NCBI RefSeq assembly: GCF_003014695.1
Contig: NZ_PYAS01000001.1
Location: forward strand, 468,738 to 492,737
Direction of reading: 5' to 3'
DNA: 24,000 nucleotides
Origin: Dyadobacter jiangsuensis
Lineage (GTDB): Bacteria; Bacteroidota; Bacteroidia; Cytophagales; Spirosomataceae
A program made the position numbers and the translations under genes. Shown one piece after another: positions 7,430-14,847 of the stretch. The notes under the pieces are model-generated. The model worked only from the letters and a program-made list of their open reading frames with translations, was not told the DNA's origin and made no database searches. The number at the start of each line of letters is the position of its first letter. Position 1 is the first letter of the stretch.

Positions 7430-8704
7430 ATGCCAAGCCTGTGTCTCATGCGGCGACGGGTTTTATTTAGCCAATCAATGCGTCAACTTCTTCTTGTACT
7501 AATCCCGTTGGTGGCATGTGCCGCCCGGTCTTTTGCTCAGGACACTACTGCCGTCACATTTACGGAAGAGAATAGCCCCGTGGCAGAACAGCGGTTTATC
7601 GATCGTTATGAGAATGTTTTCATGACTAAAATCCCTACCCGAAAGATGTTCAAACTGGGTTATCTGGCGACGACTTACAACGGGCTCGGGTTCAATGCCG
7701 CGTTTGAGTACAAGGTTTTACCGGCTTTATCGGTGGAGTTGGCGCTCACCGGCCGGACCAACCGTACCGGAAACGCTATCACATTGGAGCGGTTCGAGCG
7801 GCAATTCAGCGGGAACAATCTGTTTGCGAGCATCGGAAGCCGGTGGTATTTTGAAATGAACAAGCGGATTGCCCGCCACCAAAGTGCCAATAATTTCAGC
7901 GGCAGTTATCTGGGGGTTGCGTATGAAAGGTCGCTGGCGGCCATTCAGAGTGACAGGCCGCGGGAGCATTTTAGTCTGGTCTACGGGTTTCAAAGCCGTT
8001 TTCTGGCCAATGGCTTTCTCGATTTCTCGCTGGGTGTCTACTATGCGAGTCCGTACTTGTCCCTGTGGGATAGGGGCGATCGACTGTCGTCGGGTTTTAA
8101 CGAGCGGAATGTCGTTATTGCTTCGCGTGCATTGCTTGGCCTCGCATTTGGGGATTGGAAACGGAGCGGCAGCGGGCCATTATGTGACGTCTTGCATTGC
8201 GACTATTTCGTGAAGCAGCATTTTAAAATCCGGTTACCGGAAGTGAATATCGGGTTAGAATCCCAGTCATTCCGTGCGGAAGCAGGCTATGAGCGAAAGC
8301 TGGGCAAGAGTCCGCTGTCGGTGAATCTGAGCGTTGGTAGTGAAACGGCCTTTTCTTCTTTTGAAATTCTGTCATCCATTACGGCAGTAGGCGAGGCGCA
8401 GATTCGCTGGTTTTATCTTCAAAAAAGCGAAGTGCGAAAGGGTAAGGCTTCGGACAATTTATCGGGGTTGTACCTGGGGCCACTATTTGCATATAACTAT
8501 TACCGGACCGTTCTCAGGGGAAGGAGCGCATTCAATACCTGGTACACTTCTGCGGGTATGATGGCGGGGTATCAGCAGCGTTTGTTCAATAAGCTTTATT
8601 TCGATGCTTCGGTCAGCTTTTCCGGCGGTAGCATGCGGGAAACCGTTTTCAGGGTTAACTATGCCGAATTACGGGCCAAGGCAGGGATTGGTTTTGCGCT
8701 TTGA
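7430..8704 (+). CDS. Hypothetical outer-membrane beta-barrel-like protein with internal duplication
   Basis: 424-aa ORF. The likely start is ATG 7478 (MRQLLLVLIPLVACAARSFAQ). The sequence shows alternating-hydrophobic beta-strand character and a C-terminus ..AKAGIGFAL. Two related segments are present (IGSRWYFEMNKR..NNFSGSYLGVAYE and AQIRWFYLQKSE..DNLSGLYLGPLFAYN). Confidence 0.7.
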   Translation: MPSLCLMRRRVLFSQSMRQLLLVLIPLVACAARSFAQDTTAVTFTEENSPVAEQRFIDRYENVFMTKIPTRKMFKLGYLATTYNGLGFNAAFEYKVLPALSVELALTGRTNRTGNAITLERFERQFSGNNLFASIGSRWYFEMNKRIARHQSANNFSGSYLGVAYERSLAAIQSDRPREHFSLVYGFQSRFLANGFLDFSLGVYYASPYLSLWDRGDRLSSGFNERNVVIASRALLGLAFGDWKRSGSGPLCDVLHCDYFVKQHFKIRLPEVNIGLESQSFRAEAGYERKLGKSPLSVNLSVGSETAFSSFEILSSITAVGEAQIRWFYLQKSEVRKGKASDNLSGLYLGPLFAYNYYRTVLRGRSAFNTWYTSAGMMAGYQQRLFNKLYFDASVSFSGGSMRETVFRVNYAELRAKAGIGFAL

Positions 8705-8718
8705 AAACCAATCCCTGC
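8681..8718. terminator. Perfect 15-bp stem hairpin between convergent genes (probable bidirectional terminator)
   Basis: GCAGGGATTGGTTTT (8681-8695), an 8-nt loop, then AAAACCAATCCCTGC (8704-8718). It overlaps the TGA of the 424-aa gene and lies 10 nt from the stop of the minus-strand 583-aa gene. A/T runs at the stem base give U-tracts on both strands. Confidence 0.7.
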
Positions 8719-8728
8719 ATGCTAATTC

Positions 8729-10480
8729 CTAATCCGCAATGCTGGACGAAGCCGCAAGTTTAATATCGGCATGCTGCCAGGACTTCTCAAATGCCGATTT
8801 GACTGCCTGTGCTTCGTTGTTTTTTTGTTTTTCCAAAGCATTGTACAGGCCGATCAATGCCCAGCCGTTTTTCCTCCACGTCAGGAGATCCTGCCGGTAG
8901 ACACGTTCCGCTTCGGCATTTTTTCCGGCTTTGAGCAGTACCGCACCGAGGTGGTGCCTGACGGAGAAAAACCAGTCGGGCGGCTCGTTGTAGTTGAGGT
9001 TATCTTCGAGGGCGATGGCCTCATTGAGCAGGGCGGCAGATTTGTCGAGCTGGTTTTGCTGCGCGGCGATACCGGCCGACAATACCTTGGAGGCGATTTG
9101 CACGAGATCCACGGAGGTGTTGATGTTCCATACCGTAATGTTTTTCAGCGTTGTGTCAGCGGCCAATGCGGCAAGCGACTTCATTTCTTCCTGCGCGTGG
9201 GGCAGGTCATGTTTGCCCAGAAACGCCATTCCCCTCGCGTAATGCCAGATTGCCTGCGGATAAATCAGATCGTTGCCCGGCTTGGGCTCGGCCAGGAGGG
9301 TATCCCACATCGAGAATTTTGTCGCTACATAATACGGGATAGTGTAATAATGCTGCAGCGTGCCCCATCCGGGCTGGCGCATCACTTCCTTCGCGGTGTA
9401 ATGCTGCACTTTCCGGGCAGCGAGCCAGGCCAGGTCGGAGTTGCCTTCAAGGGTGGCGGTAGCTACCAGGAAGTGGTAGTTGTGCGGGAAATAGGCGAGC
9501 GGGTAGGCACCTTGCGCGTGACAAGTGGTGATGTAGTTGCTGTCTGCCTCGACCGAACTTACATTGGAAAGCGACCCCAAATGATAATCGCCGGTATTGA
9601 TGTAAATATGCGACGGCATGTGGAGCAGGTGGCCTGCGCCCGGAACCAGCGAGTCGAGTAATGCGGCCGACGCCATCGCTTTTTCAGGCATGGCGGAAGC
9701 CTCCACGGCGTGTATGTACAGGTGATGTGCGCCCGGATGCCGCGGGTTCTTTTTCAGCAGGCTTTCCAGTACAGCGAGCAGCGTCGGCGTCCAGGATTTG
9801 GCGGCTTTCGTCTTTTTGTCGTACAAATCCCAAGGATGCAGGTCCATTTGCGCTTCGGCGTACAGCGCCCCGATGTCGGGATCGGTAGGGAATTGGTCGT
9901 ACACTTTTTTCATCGCGGCCGCGAACGCGATATCCAGCGGCGACCTGTCGGCAGGAGGGGTTTCGGTATACCGCGTGGTCAGTGCGCCGATCAGCGCCTT
10001 TTCTTTGGGGGTGCATTTGGCCGCCAGTTTTTGTCCTTTTTGAGTAGCCGCCCAGGCGCGCTGGAAATTGTCCGGCTCCATGCCCGCATTGTAATTAGGG
10101 CCCAGCACATAGGCATAGCCCCAATAGGCCATGGCGCAGGTCGAATCGAGGCGGGTAGCCTGGTAAAACGACCGGGCGGCCTCAGCGTGGTTGAAACCGT
10201 AGGAAAGCATCAGTCCCTGGTTAAAATAGGCCTGTGCCTCCGGACTGGAAGTGGTAATCTTGAAATCGATGCCCTTCAATCCGTCGAGCATGGGTGCCTT
10301 TTTGCCCGAACTATACCATTCGGCGTCGGTGGTTTTGGGATTGTAGCAAACCGTAATCCGCCCCGTAGTGTCGGAGGCCGGTTTTTCCGATTGCTCCTTT
10401 TTTTTGAAGCAGGACGAAAGGAGTACAATCAATGCGAGGTAACAATGGCCGTGCTTCATGAGCGTAGAAGTTTGAGTCAC
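8729..10480 (-). CDS. TPR-like repeat lipoprotein, function unknown
   Basis: 583-aa ORF. The likely start is the ATG at 10459 (MKHGHCYLALIVLLSSC, lipobox). The protein is all-helical and repeat-like (AQAYFNQGLMLSYGFNHAEAARSFYQA..; C-terminal ..LLKAGKNAEAERVYRQDLL..). It carries conserved-looking His clusters (HPGAHHLYIHAVE, GAGHLLHMPSHIY). Confidence 0.8.
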   Translation of the reverse strand: MTQTSTLMKHGHCYLALIVLLSSCFKKKEQSEKPASDTTGRITVCYNPKTTDAEWYSSGKKAPMLDGLKGIDFKITTSSPEAQAYFNQGLMLSYGFNHAEAARSFYQATRLDSTCAMAYWGYAYVLGPNYNAGMEPDNFQRAWAATQKGQKLAAKCTPKEKALIGALTTRYTETPPADRSPLDIAFAAAMKKVYDQFPTDPDIGALYAEAQMDLHPWDLYDKKTKAAKSWTPTLLAVLESLLKKNPRHPGAHHLYIHAVEASAMPEKAMASAALLDSLVPGAGHLLHMPSHIYINTGDYHLGSLSNVSSVEADSNYITTCHAQGAYPLAYFPHNYHFLVATATLEGNSDLAWLAARKVQHYTAKEVMRQPGWGTLQHYYTIPYYVATKFSMWDTLLAEPKPGNDLIYPQAIWHYARGMAFLGKHDLPHAQEEMKSLAALAADTTLKNITVWNINTSVDLVQIASKVLSAGIAAQQNQLDKSAALLNEAIALEDNLNYNEPPDWFFSVRHHLGAVLLKAGKNAEAERVYRQDLLTWRKNGWALIGLYNALEKQKNNEAQAVKSAFEKSWQHADIKLAASSSIAD

Positions 10481-10643
10481 AGATCATGTAGAAGGAAAGT
10501 ATCCCGCGAGGTGCGGTACCCGCAAATATAGAAAATATCGAACTGGTAATGAGTTGGTTGGAGGGTTTTTAGTGAACGGTTGATGCAGGTTTGTAATATG
10601 CCTGCAAAGAAGCAGGATGACTAACTCTGCATCTTATACGCTG

Positions 10644-11081
10644 CTATTTTTTCCTCCGATACTTGCTAATTCCTCCCAGGCACGACTTAATCGTCATTTC
10701 ATCCCCTGTTTGCGTAATGATCAGCTTCGGGCAAATGATGCAATCGACGAGCCTGCAATTCTCGTCGAAGGGGATGTCTTTCTGCGGTTTTACTTTAAAC
10801 ACCTTTCCGTTCACCTCGTATTCGGACGTGGCGCAGCAAGCCCCCAACCCGTCGTATAGCATTACGCCGTCGAAGCGTATCGAAAAGGCCCTTTGCGGTT
10901 CGTTGGTCATGTTTTTAATCACGGTAGAATCGCCTAACGTGTATCGGGTTTCCACCAAAAGCCAATCGCCGACGATGCCTGCGATCTCGGGCACAGGCTG
11001 TGGTTCGGGTTCTGCATTTTTATCGCGTTTGCAATAGGTAAATGCCAAAGAGAGAAGCAGGAGAAGTACAAGTCGTTTCAT
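10644..11081 (-). CDS. Small Cys-rich lipoprotein, function unknown
   Basis: 145 aa. MKRLVLLLLLSLAFTYC has a signal peptide and lipobox. A GDW.. motif follows the linker, and the mature part contains seven further Cys residues. Confidence 0.8.
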   Translation of the reverse strand: MKRLVLLLLLSLAFTYCKRDKNAEPEPQPVPEIAGIVGDWLLVETRYTLGDSTVIKNMTNEPQRAFSIRFDGVMLYDGLGACCATSEYEVNGKVFKVKPQKDIPFDENCRLVDCIICPKLIITQTGDEMTIKSCLGGISKYRRKK

Positions 11082-11165
11082 AATGTCACCAATTTATTAC
11101 TTAGATGCTTGTGACGGTAGAAACGTTGTAAAGTTGATAACACTCCACCCTGTTTTTTTGCCATT

Positions 11166-12971
11166 TTACGCTTCATTTTCGAAGCGTCGAATCCGATGGC
11201 AACGCATCAATTTCAAATGCCGCTGATGCTCCCGCACCATCTCGACACCATCCCTGAGCGTCATTTGAGGTGCCCCTTTTTTCGCATTTGCCATGCTGAT
11301 TTCAAAAAGTATTTTCCAATGCCGGTAAATCTCTTTCCAGGCGAAGAACAGCGAATGCTGCGGATCGTAGATGTGTGTCGGTTCGCTGGCCGCGCCGTTG
11401 AGTTCGATGATTGAGAAATGCTGTCCGGCTTCGAGTGCTTCCCAGCTTTTGAAGCGGATGTCGAGCCGCCCGAAATGGAAGCCGGGTATGCGCGCGCATA
11501 TCCGGTCGATCGCCTGTGTGAGCGCGGGGGTGATGCGACGGCTGAGGTCTATGAATTTCGCGCCGCGGCTATGGTTGCCGTAAGGGACGAGGCCGATTTT
11601 TTCACCCCTTGCAGGAACTGACCTTAACCGCTCGCCCAGGGACTCATGCAGGGCGGGGAGTTGCAAAATCGCCCGGTCGTCCTGCATCATCAGCGTCAGG
11701 ATGTCCGATGCGCCGTCTCCGGTGACGCTCAACAGCTCCTTCCCGACGATGCCCGAAATGTGTCCGCTTTGTTCGCCCGGCATTCGGTGATAGAATATGC
11801 CCGCTTCGTTCGGGTAGTCGATGTAGGGCTGCATGAGGAAATCGACCCGGCTGTGCAGGCGATAATCTTCGAGATCGGTTTCATTTTCCAGGAGCTTTAC
11901 CTGCACGCCGCGTTCGCCGATGTCGGGTTTAGCGATCAAGGGGAATGTGAACGAGGAGCGCTGTAACAGCATTTGTATTTTCTCCCGCGGAATGCCTGCC
12001 TCACACACCAAAGTTTCAGGGTACGAGCCCTTTGGCATGAGCGCGTAAATCCTGCTCTTACGTTCTTCGGCGAAGCCCGCATACCGCATCGAGGGGTTGG
12101 CCGCGCCGAAAAAGCAGATTGCACGCGCCTTTATGCTTAACCAAAGCCAGGCTGGTAGCGTGGGCGCATACACGCATTCCAACGGCCAGTATTCCCAATT
12201 ACGGAGGCGGATCAGAAAGCGCCTGGCCTTCCAGCGGAGGCTGTCAAATGCCATTTGCTCACCCGGCGGCGCCTCTGCCGGCCGGGAAACAAAAGTGGTT
12301 CCGGCGCGGAGGTCATGGTAATGCATGGCGGGCTCGGGGCCGGTCAGATCGACGGAAGTAACGCTCACGGTAGCTATTGCGTCGCGATGTTCATGACAGC
12401 TGTGGCTGGGATCGAACATAATGCCGTTTTGGGTGTGAAAATCCAGGATGCTTTCCCTGGTGACGGCGCTTTTGCCGTACCATTGTTGCAGCCTTTGCGC
12501 CCGCATTTGCCGTGCATCATCATTATACAGCGTCGCCGATGCCCATATATGCGGCTGATGGGCATCAAGTTCGTTCCGGTGTTTGCGGCTGCCGTCCCAG
12601 GTACAGCGCATGAGCCTGCCGTCTGTGAACAGGATCAGCGTAAAGGGTTCGATTCCTTCCAAAACCGTCGTTTCAAAACAGTCTGCCGGAGAAGACGCCT
12701 CCACGATTTCCAGCATTACCAGGCCGCGGCTTCTGTTGTACGAGGGCTTGCGTACATGATTTTTGAAGCCCCCGTTGAGCAGCACGGCCGCGTCGCGCCG
12801 GCCTTTCAGTGCAATCCAGGTGCCGCCAGCCTGGGCATCTTTCGGGTAGGTGAGCGAGGCGCCTGCGTGGCGGGTTGCGGGAGGCTCGGCAGGCGCACGA
12901 TCGGTGCGTTCATCCCGGTTGGATGTCAGGAACGCGCCTTTACTGGTCGGAATGTAGGTTACGGTGCACAT
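11166..12971 (-). CDS. Fusion protein: N-terminal NRDE/TANGO2-family domain plus C-terminal ATP-grasp ligase domain
   Basis: 601 aa. The N-terminus MCTVTYIPTSKGAFLTSNRDERTDR has Cys2 and the NRDE signature. A Pro/Ala linker lies near aa 230-240. ATP-grasp motifs are present: FPLIAKPDIGERGVQV (Lys348), FLMQPYI (aa 379-385), and GRLDIRF...FSIIELNGAASEP (Asp504, Glu523, Asn525). The start codon overlaps the DinB gene stop by 13 nt. Confidence 0.85.
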   Translation of the reverse strand: MCTVTYIPTSKGAFLTSNRDERTDRAPAEPPATRHAGASLTYPKDAQAGGTWIALKGRRDAAVLLNGGFKNHVRKPSYNRSRGLVMLEIVEASSPADCFETTVLEGIEPFTLILFTDGRLMRCTWDGSRKHRNELDAHQPHIWASATLYNDDARQMRAQRLQQWYGKSAVTRESILDFHTQNGIMFDPSHSCHEHRDAIATVSVTSVDLTGPEPAMHYHDLRAGTTFVSRPAEAPPGEQMAFDSLRWKARRFLIRLRNWEYWPLECVYAPTLPAWLWLSIKARAICFFGAANPSMRYAGFAEERKSRIYALMPKGSYPETLVCEAGIPREKIQMLLQRSSFTFPLIAKPDIGERGVQVKLLENETDLEDYRLHSRVDFLMQPYIDYPNEAGIFYHRMPGEQSGHISGIVGKELLSVTGDGASDILTLMMQDDRAILQLPALHESLGERLRSVPARGEKIGLVPYGNHSRGAKFIDLSRRITPALTQAIDRICARIPGFHFGRLDIRFKSWEALEAGQHFSIIELNGAASEPTHIYDPQHSLFFAWKEIYRHWKILFEISMANAKKGAPQMTLRDGVEMVREHQRHLKLMRCHRIRRFENEA

Positions 12972-13465
12972 TGCGCCTGGCGGTATCGGATGGTGGAACT
13001 GGCTACTCCGAAATTCTCCGGCAGTTGCACGGCGGCGAGCGCCCGGATGCCGATTTTCATCAAAGCCATATGATGCACCGCATGTTCAAGGTTGTAAACC
13101 AGCTCCCGCTCATAGTTGGTGGTCACCTGGAAGCCGCTATGGCTGGCCTCGGTGGCGGTTGTTAACAGCAGCATTTTGTTCTCCTTTTCCAGCGCAGCTG
13201 CAATCCCGTGCAGGGTAGTTAGCGCCAGTTCCCGCTGGTGTTCAATGGCTTTATCGCGTTGCCTGGCGTCGTAGTTCACACGGCCTGTCCGGTAACCGCG
13301 GTCGAGCTCGATGAAGAACTCGATCACGTGGCGTACGTGCCCGCCCAGCGACGCGCCCGAGAGTACGGGCAAGCTGCGCCCATACTGCTCGTCGGACAAT
13401 GCATCGAGCATTGTGCCGATCTGCGCCAATGTGGCTTTAATTGATTTTGTTAGTTGCCTGTTCAT
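12959..13465 (-). CDS. DinB-family (four-helix bundle, His-triad) protein
   Basis: Internal ATG at 13465 gives 168 aa starting MNRQLTKSIKATLAQIGTMLDALSDEQY. His motifs GGHVRHVIEFF and LEHAVHHMALM fit the DinB/DinB_2 metal site. The longer track ORF (to 13615) would overlap DoxX. Confidence 0.85.
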   Translation of the reverse strand: MNRQLTKSIKATLAQIGTMLDALSDEQYGRSLPVLSGASLGGHVRHVIEFFIELDRGYRTGRVNYDARQRDKAIEHQRELALTTLHGIAAALEKENKMLLLTTATEASHSGFQVTTNYERELVYNLEHAVHHMALMKIGIRALAAVQLPENFGVASSTIRYRQAQCAP

Positions 13466-13526
13466 TTCGTTGATTTTGGAATAGGACAAAAACAATGCCC
13501 GGTTTTTTGAAGATTGGGGTTTACGT

Positions 13527-13949
13527 TTAATCGCGGGATTTGACGCCCGAAATGCTGCTGCGATGCCAGTACACGAGCACCAGGCAGGTAATGAGTACAA
13601 CCAACGCCATAACAAAAAGCTTGCCCGAGTCGTTTAGCACCACGATCCCCAGGCGTGTGAGGTGCATAAAGACGGCGCCGGTCATCACGCCGATGCCGAT
13701 CAGCGCGCCGTAGGCGGTAGTGCGTGGGATCAGAATCAGAACGGAGGCGATCAGCTCCAATACGCCTACGAATATACGTCCCCAGGGCTCCATACCGACG
13801 GTCGAAAAGATGTAAACGGATTCGGGTGCGGCGGAAAATTTGAAATAGAGGGTTTGCAGCATAATCACTGCCGCTGTCAGCCGCAGCAACCACGACCACC
13901 CCGGATGTGTTTGCGGTTTCATCACTCCTTGTCTTTGATTAGTGGCCAT
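13527..13949 (-). CDS. DoxX-family integral membrane protein
   Basis: About 131-140 aa with four hydrophobic segments (e.g. WLLRLTAAVIMLQTL.., IFVGVLELIASVLILIP, YGALIGIGVMTGAVFMH, LFVMALVVLITCLVLVYW), typical of DoxX. The likely start is ATG 13922, which shares one nt with the upstream gene's stop (TGATG). The alternative start at 13949 would overlap that gene by 28 nt. Confidence 0.85.
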   Translation of the reverse strand: MATNQRQGVMKPQTHPGWSWLLRLTAAVIMLQTLYFKFSAAPESVYIFSTVGMEPWGRIFVGVLELIASVLILIPRTTAYGALIGIGVMTGAVFMHLTRLGIVVLNDSGKLFVMALVVLITCLVLVYWHRSSISGVKSRD

Positions 13950-14362
13950 TGTATGTCTGCTTTTTCGATGAATTCTTCCCGTTTTTTCGACCAGTTGTTT
14001 CTGACTTTCATATTATAATTGAAATACAACTTGTTGTCTGTGATCGTCCAGGTTTCTGCTTCGGTAGGCGCTTTGTGGCCCTCGGAAGTCCCGTAGGCGC
14101 AGTAGCCGCCGTACTGCGGCACATACATCTCGGGAGCGGCCTTGAATGCGTCGAGGTTGGCGCGGGTGGCGAACAGCCAATCGGCGTCCTTGTAATGGTA
14201 GGAAAGGCTATCGGCACCTTCAACGGGTCCGGCGTCTTTGAAAAATGCCACGACGTCGTAACCCTTGATTGCCTTTCCTTTCGGCGCGAAAATTTCGGAT
14301 TTCTGTGCAAATGTTACCTGGGCCGCGAGCATGAATGCGGCAACGAATAGGACTTTGTTCAT
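13922..14362 (-). CDS. YHS-domain family exported protein (paralog 1)
   Basis: 146 aa with signal peptide MNKVLFVAAFMLAAQVTFAQ. Family motifs are IKGYDVVAFF, Y..ADWLFATRANLDAFKAAPEMYVPQYGGYCAYG and KLYFNYN. Confidence 0.85.
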   Translation of the reverse strand: MNKVLFVAAFMLAAQVTFAQKSEIFAPKGKAIKGYDVVAFFKDAGPVEGADSLSYHYKDADWLFATRANLDAFKAAPEMYVPQYGGYCAYGTSEGHKAPTEAETWTITDNKLYFNYNMKVRNNWSKKREEFIEKADIQWPLIKDKE

Positions 14363-14377
14363 TGGTAATTCGAGTTT

Positions 14378-14845
14378 TTAAGGTACAAACTTCATCCAGT
14401 TACGGTCGGCCTGCGTTTTCAGGCGTGCCTCATCCTGGTTCCAGCTTTTGAGGGTGTTGTTGAAGAACTTATTATAAAACAGGTAGAGCTTTGCGTCCAC
14501 AATTTTGAAAGTCTCCGGGTCGATCTCCACCTTTTCGCCTTTCTTGCCCATGGCATAAGCGCACCAGCCACCGAATTGCGGCTCGTATCGGACGGGGTTG
14601 CGCAGGAACTCGTCCTTATTTTGCTTGGAAGCAAAGCGGTAGGTAACCCCGTTGTGGTTGGCCGAAAGGTCCTTTTGGCCAACCACGGCCTTGTTCATGG
14701 TGAAATAGGCCACCGGGTCGTAACCCTGTATCGCGAGGCCGGATGATTCGAGGTTATACTGTTTTTTCCGAGTCTCTGCATGCTGCGCGAAGACGGTGCC
14801 CGTCACCAGCAGCAGAAGCAACAGGATATTGATCTGGCTTTTCAT
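14378..14845 (-). CDS. YHS-domain family exported protein (paralog 2)
   Basis: 155 aa with signal peptide MKSQINILLLLLLVTGTVFAQ. Motifs are IQGYDPVAYF, GVTYRFASKQNKDEFLRNPVRYEPQFGGWCAYA and KLYLFYN. It lies 15 nt upstream of paralog 1. Confidence 0.85.
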   Translation of the reverse strand: MKSQINILLLLLLVTGTVFAQHAETRKKQYNLESSGLAIQGYDPVAYFTMNKAVVGQKDLSANHNGVTYRFASKQNKDEFLRNPVRYEPQFGGWCAYAMGKKGEKVEIDPETFKIVDAKLYLFYNKFFNNTLKSWNQDEARLKTQADRNWMKFVP

Positions 14846-14847
14846 GG

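Noticed and set aside
8771-10531. Long antisense ORFs (296 aa and 273 aa) opposite the TPR-like lipoprotein gene
   Set aside because: Their composition is Arg/Gly/Pro-rich with no motifs. They overlap a well-formed lipoprotein ORF entirely.
11196-13444. Plus-strand ORFs (up to 272 aa) opposite the NRDE-ATP-grasp and DinB genes, and the 145-aa alternative-frame ORF 13462..13899
   Set aside because: These are antisense or alternative frames of genes with clear family motifs. No signal peptides or motifs are present, and the composition is Arg-rich.
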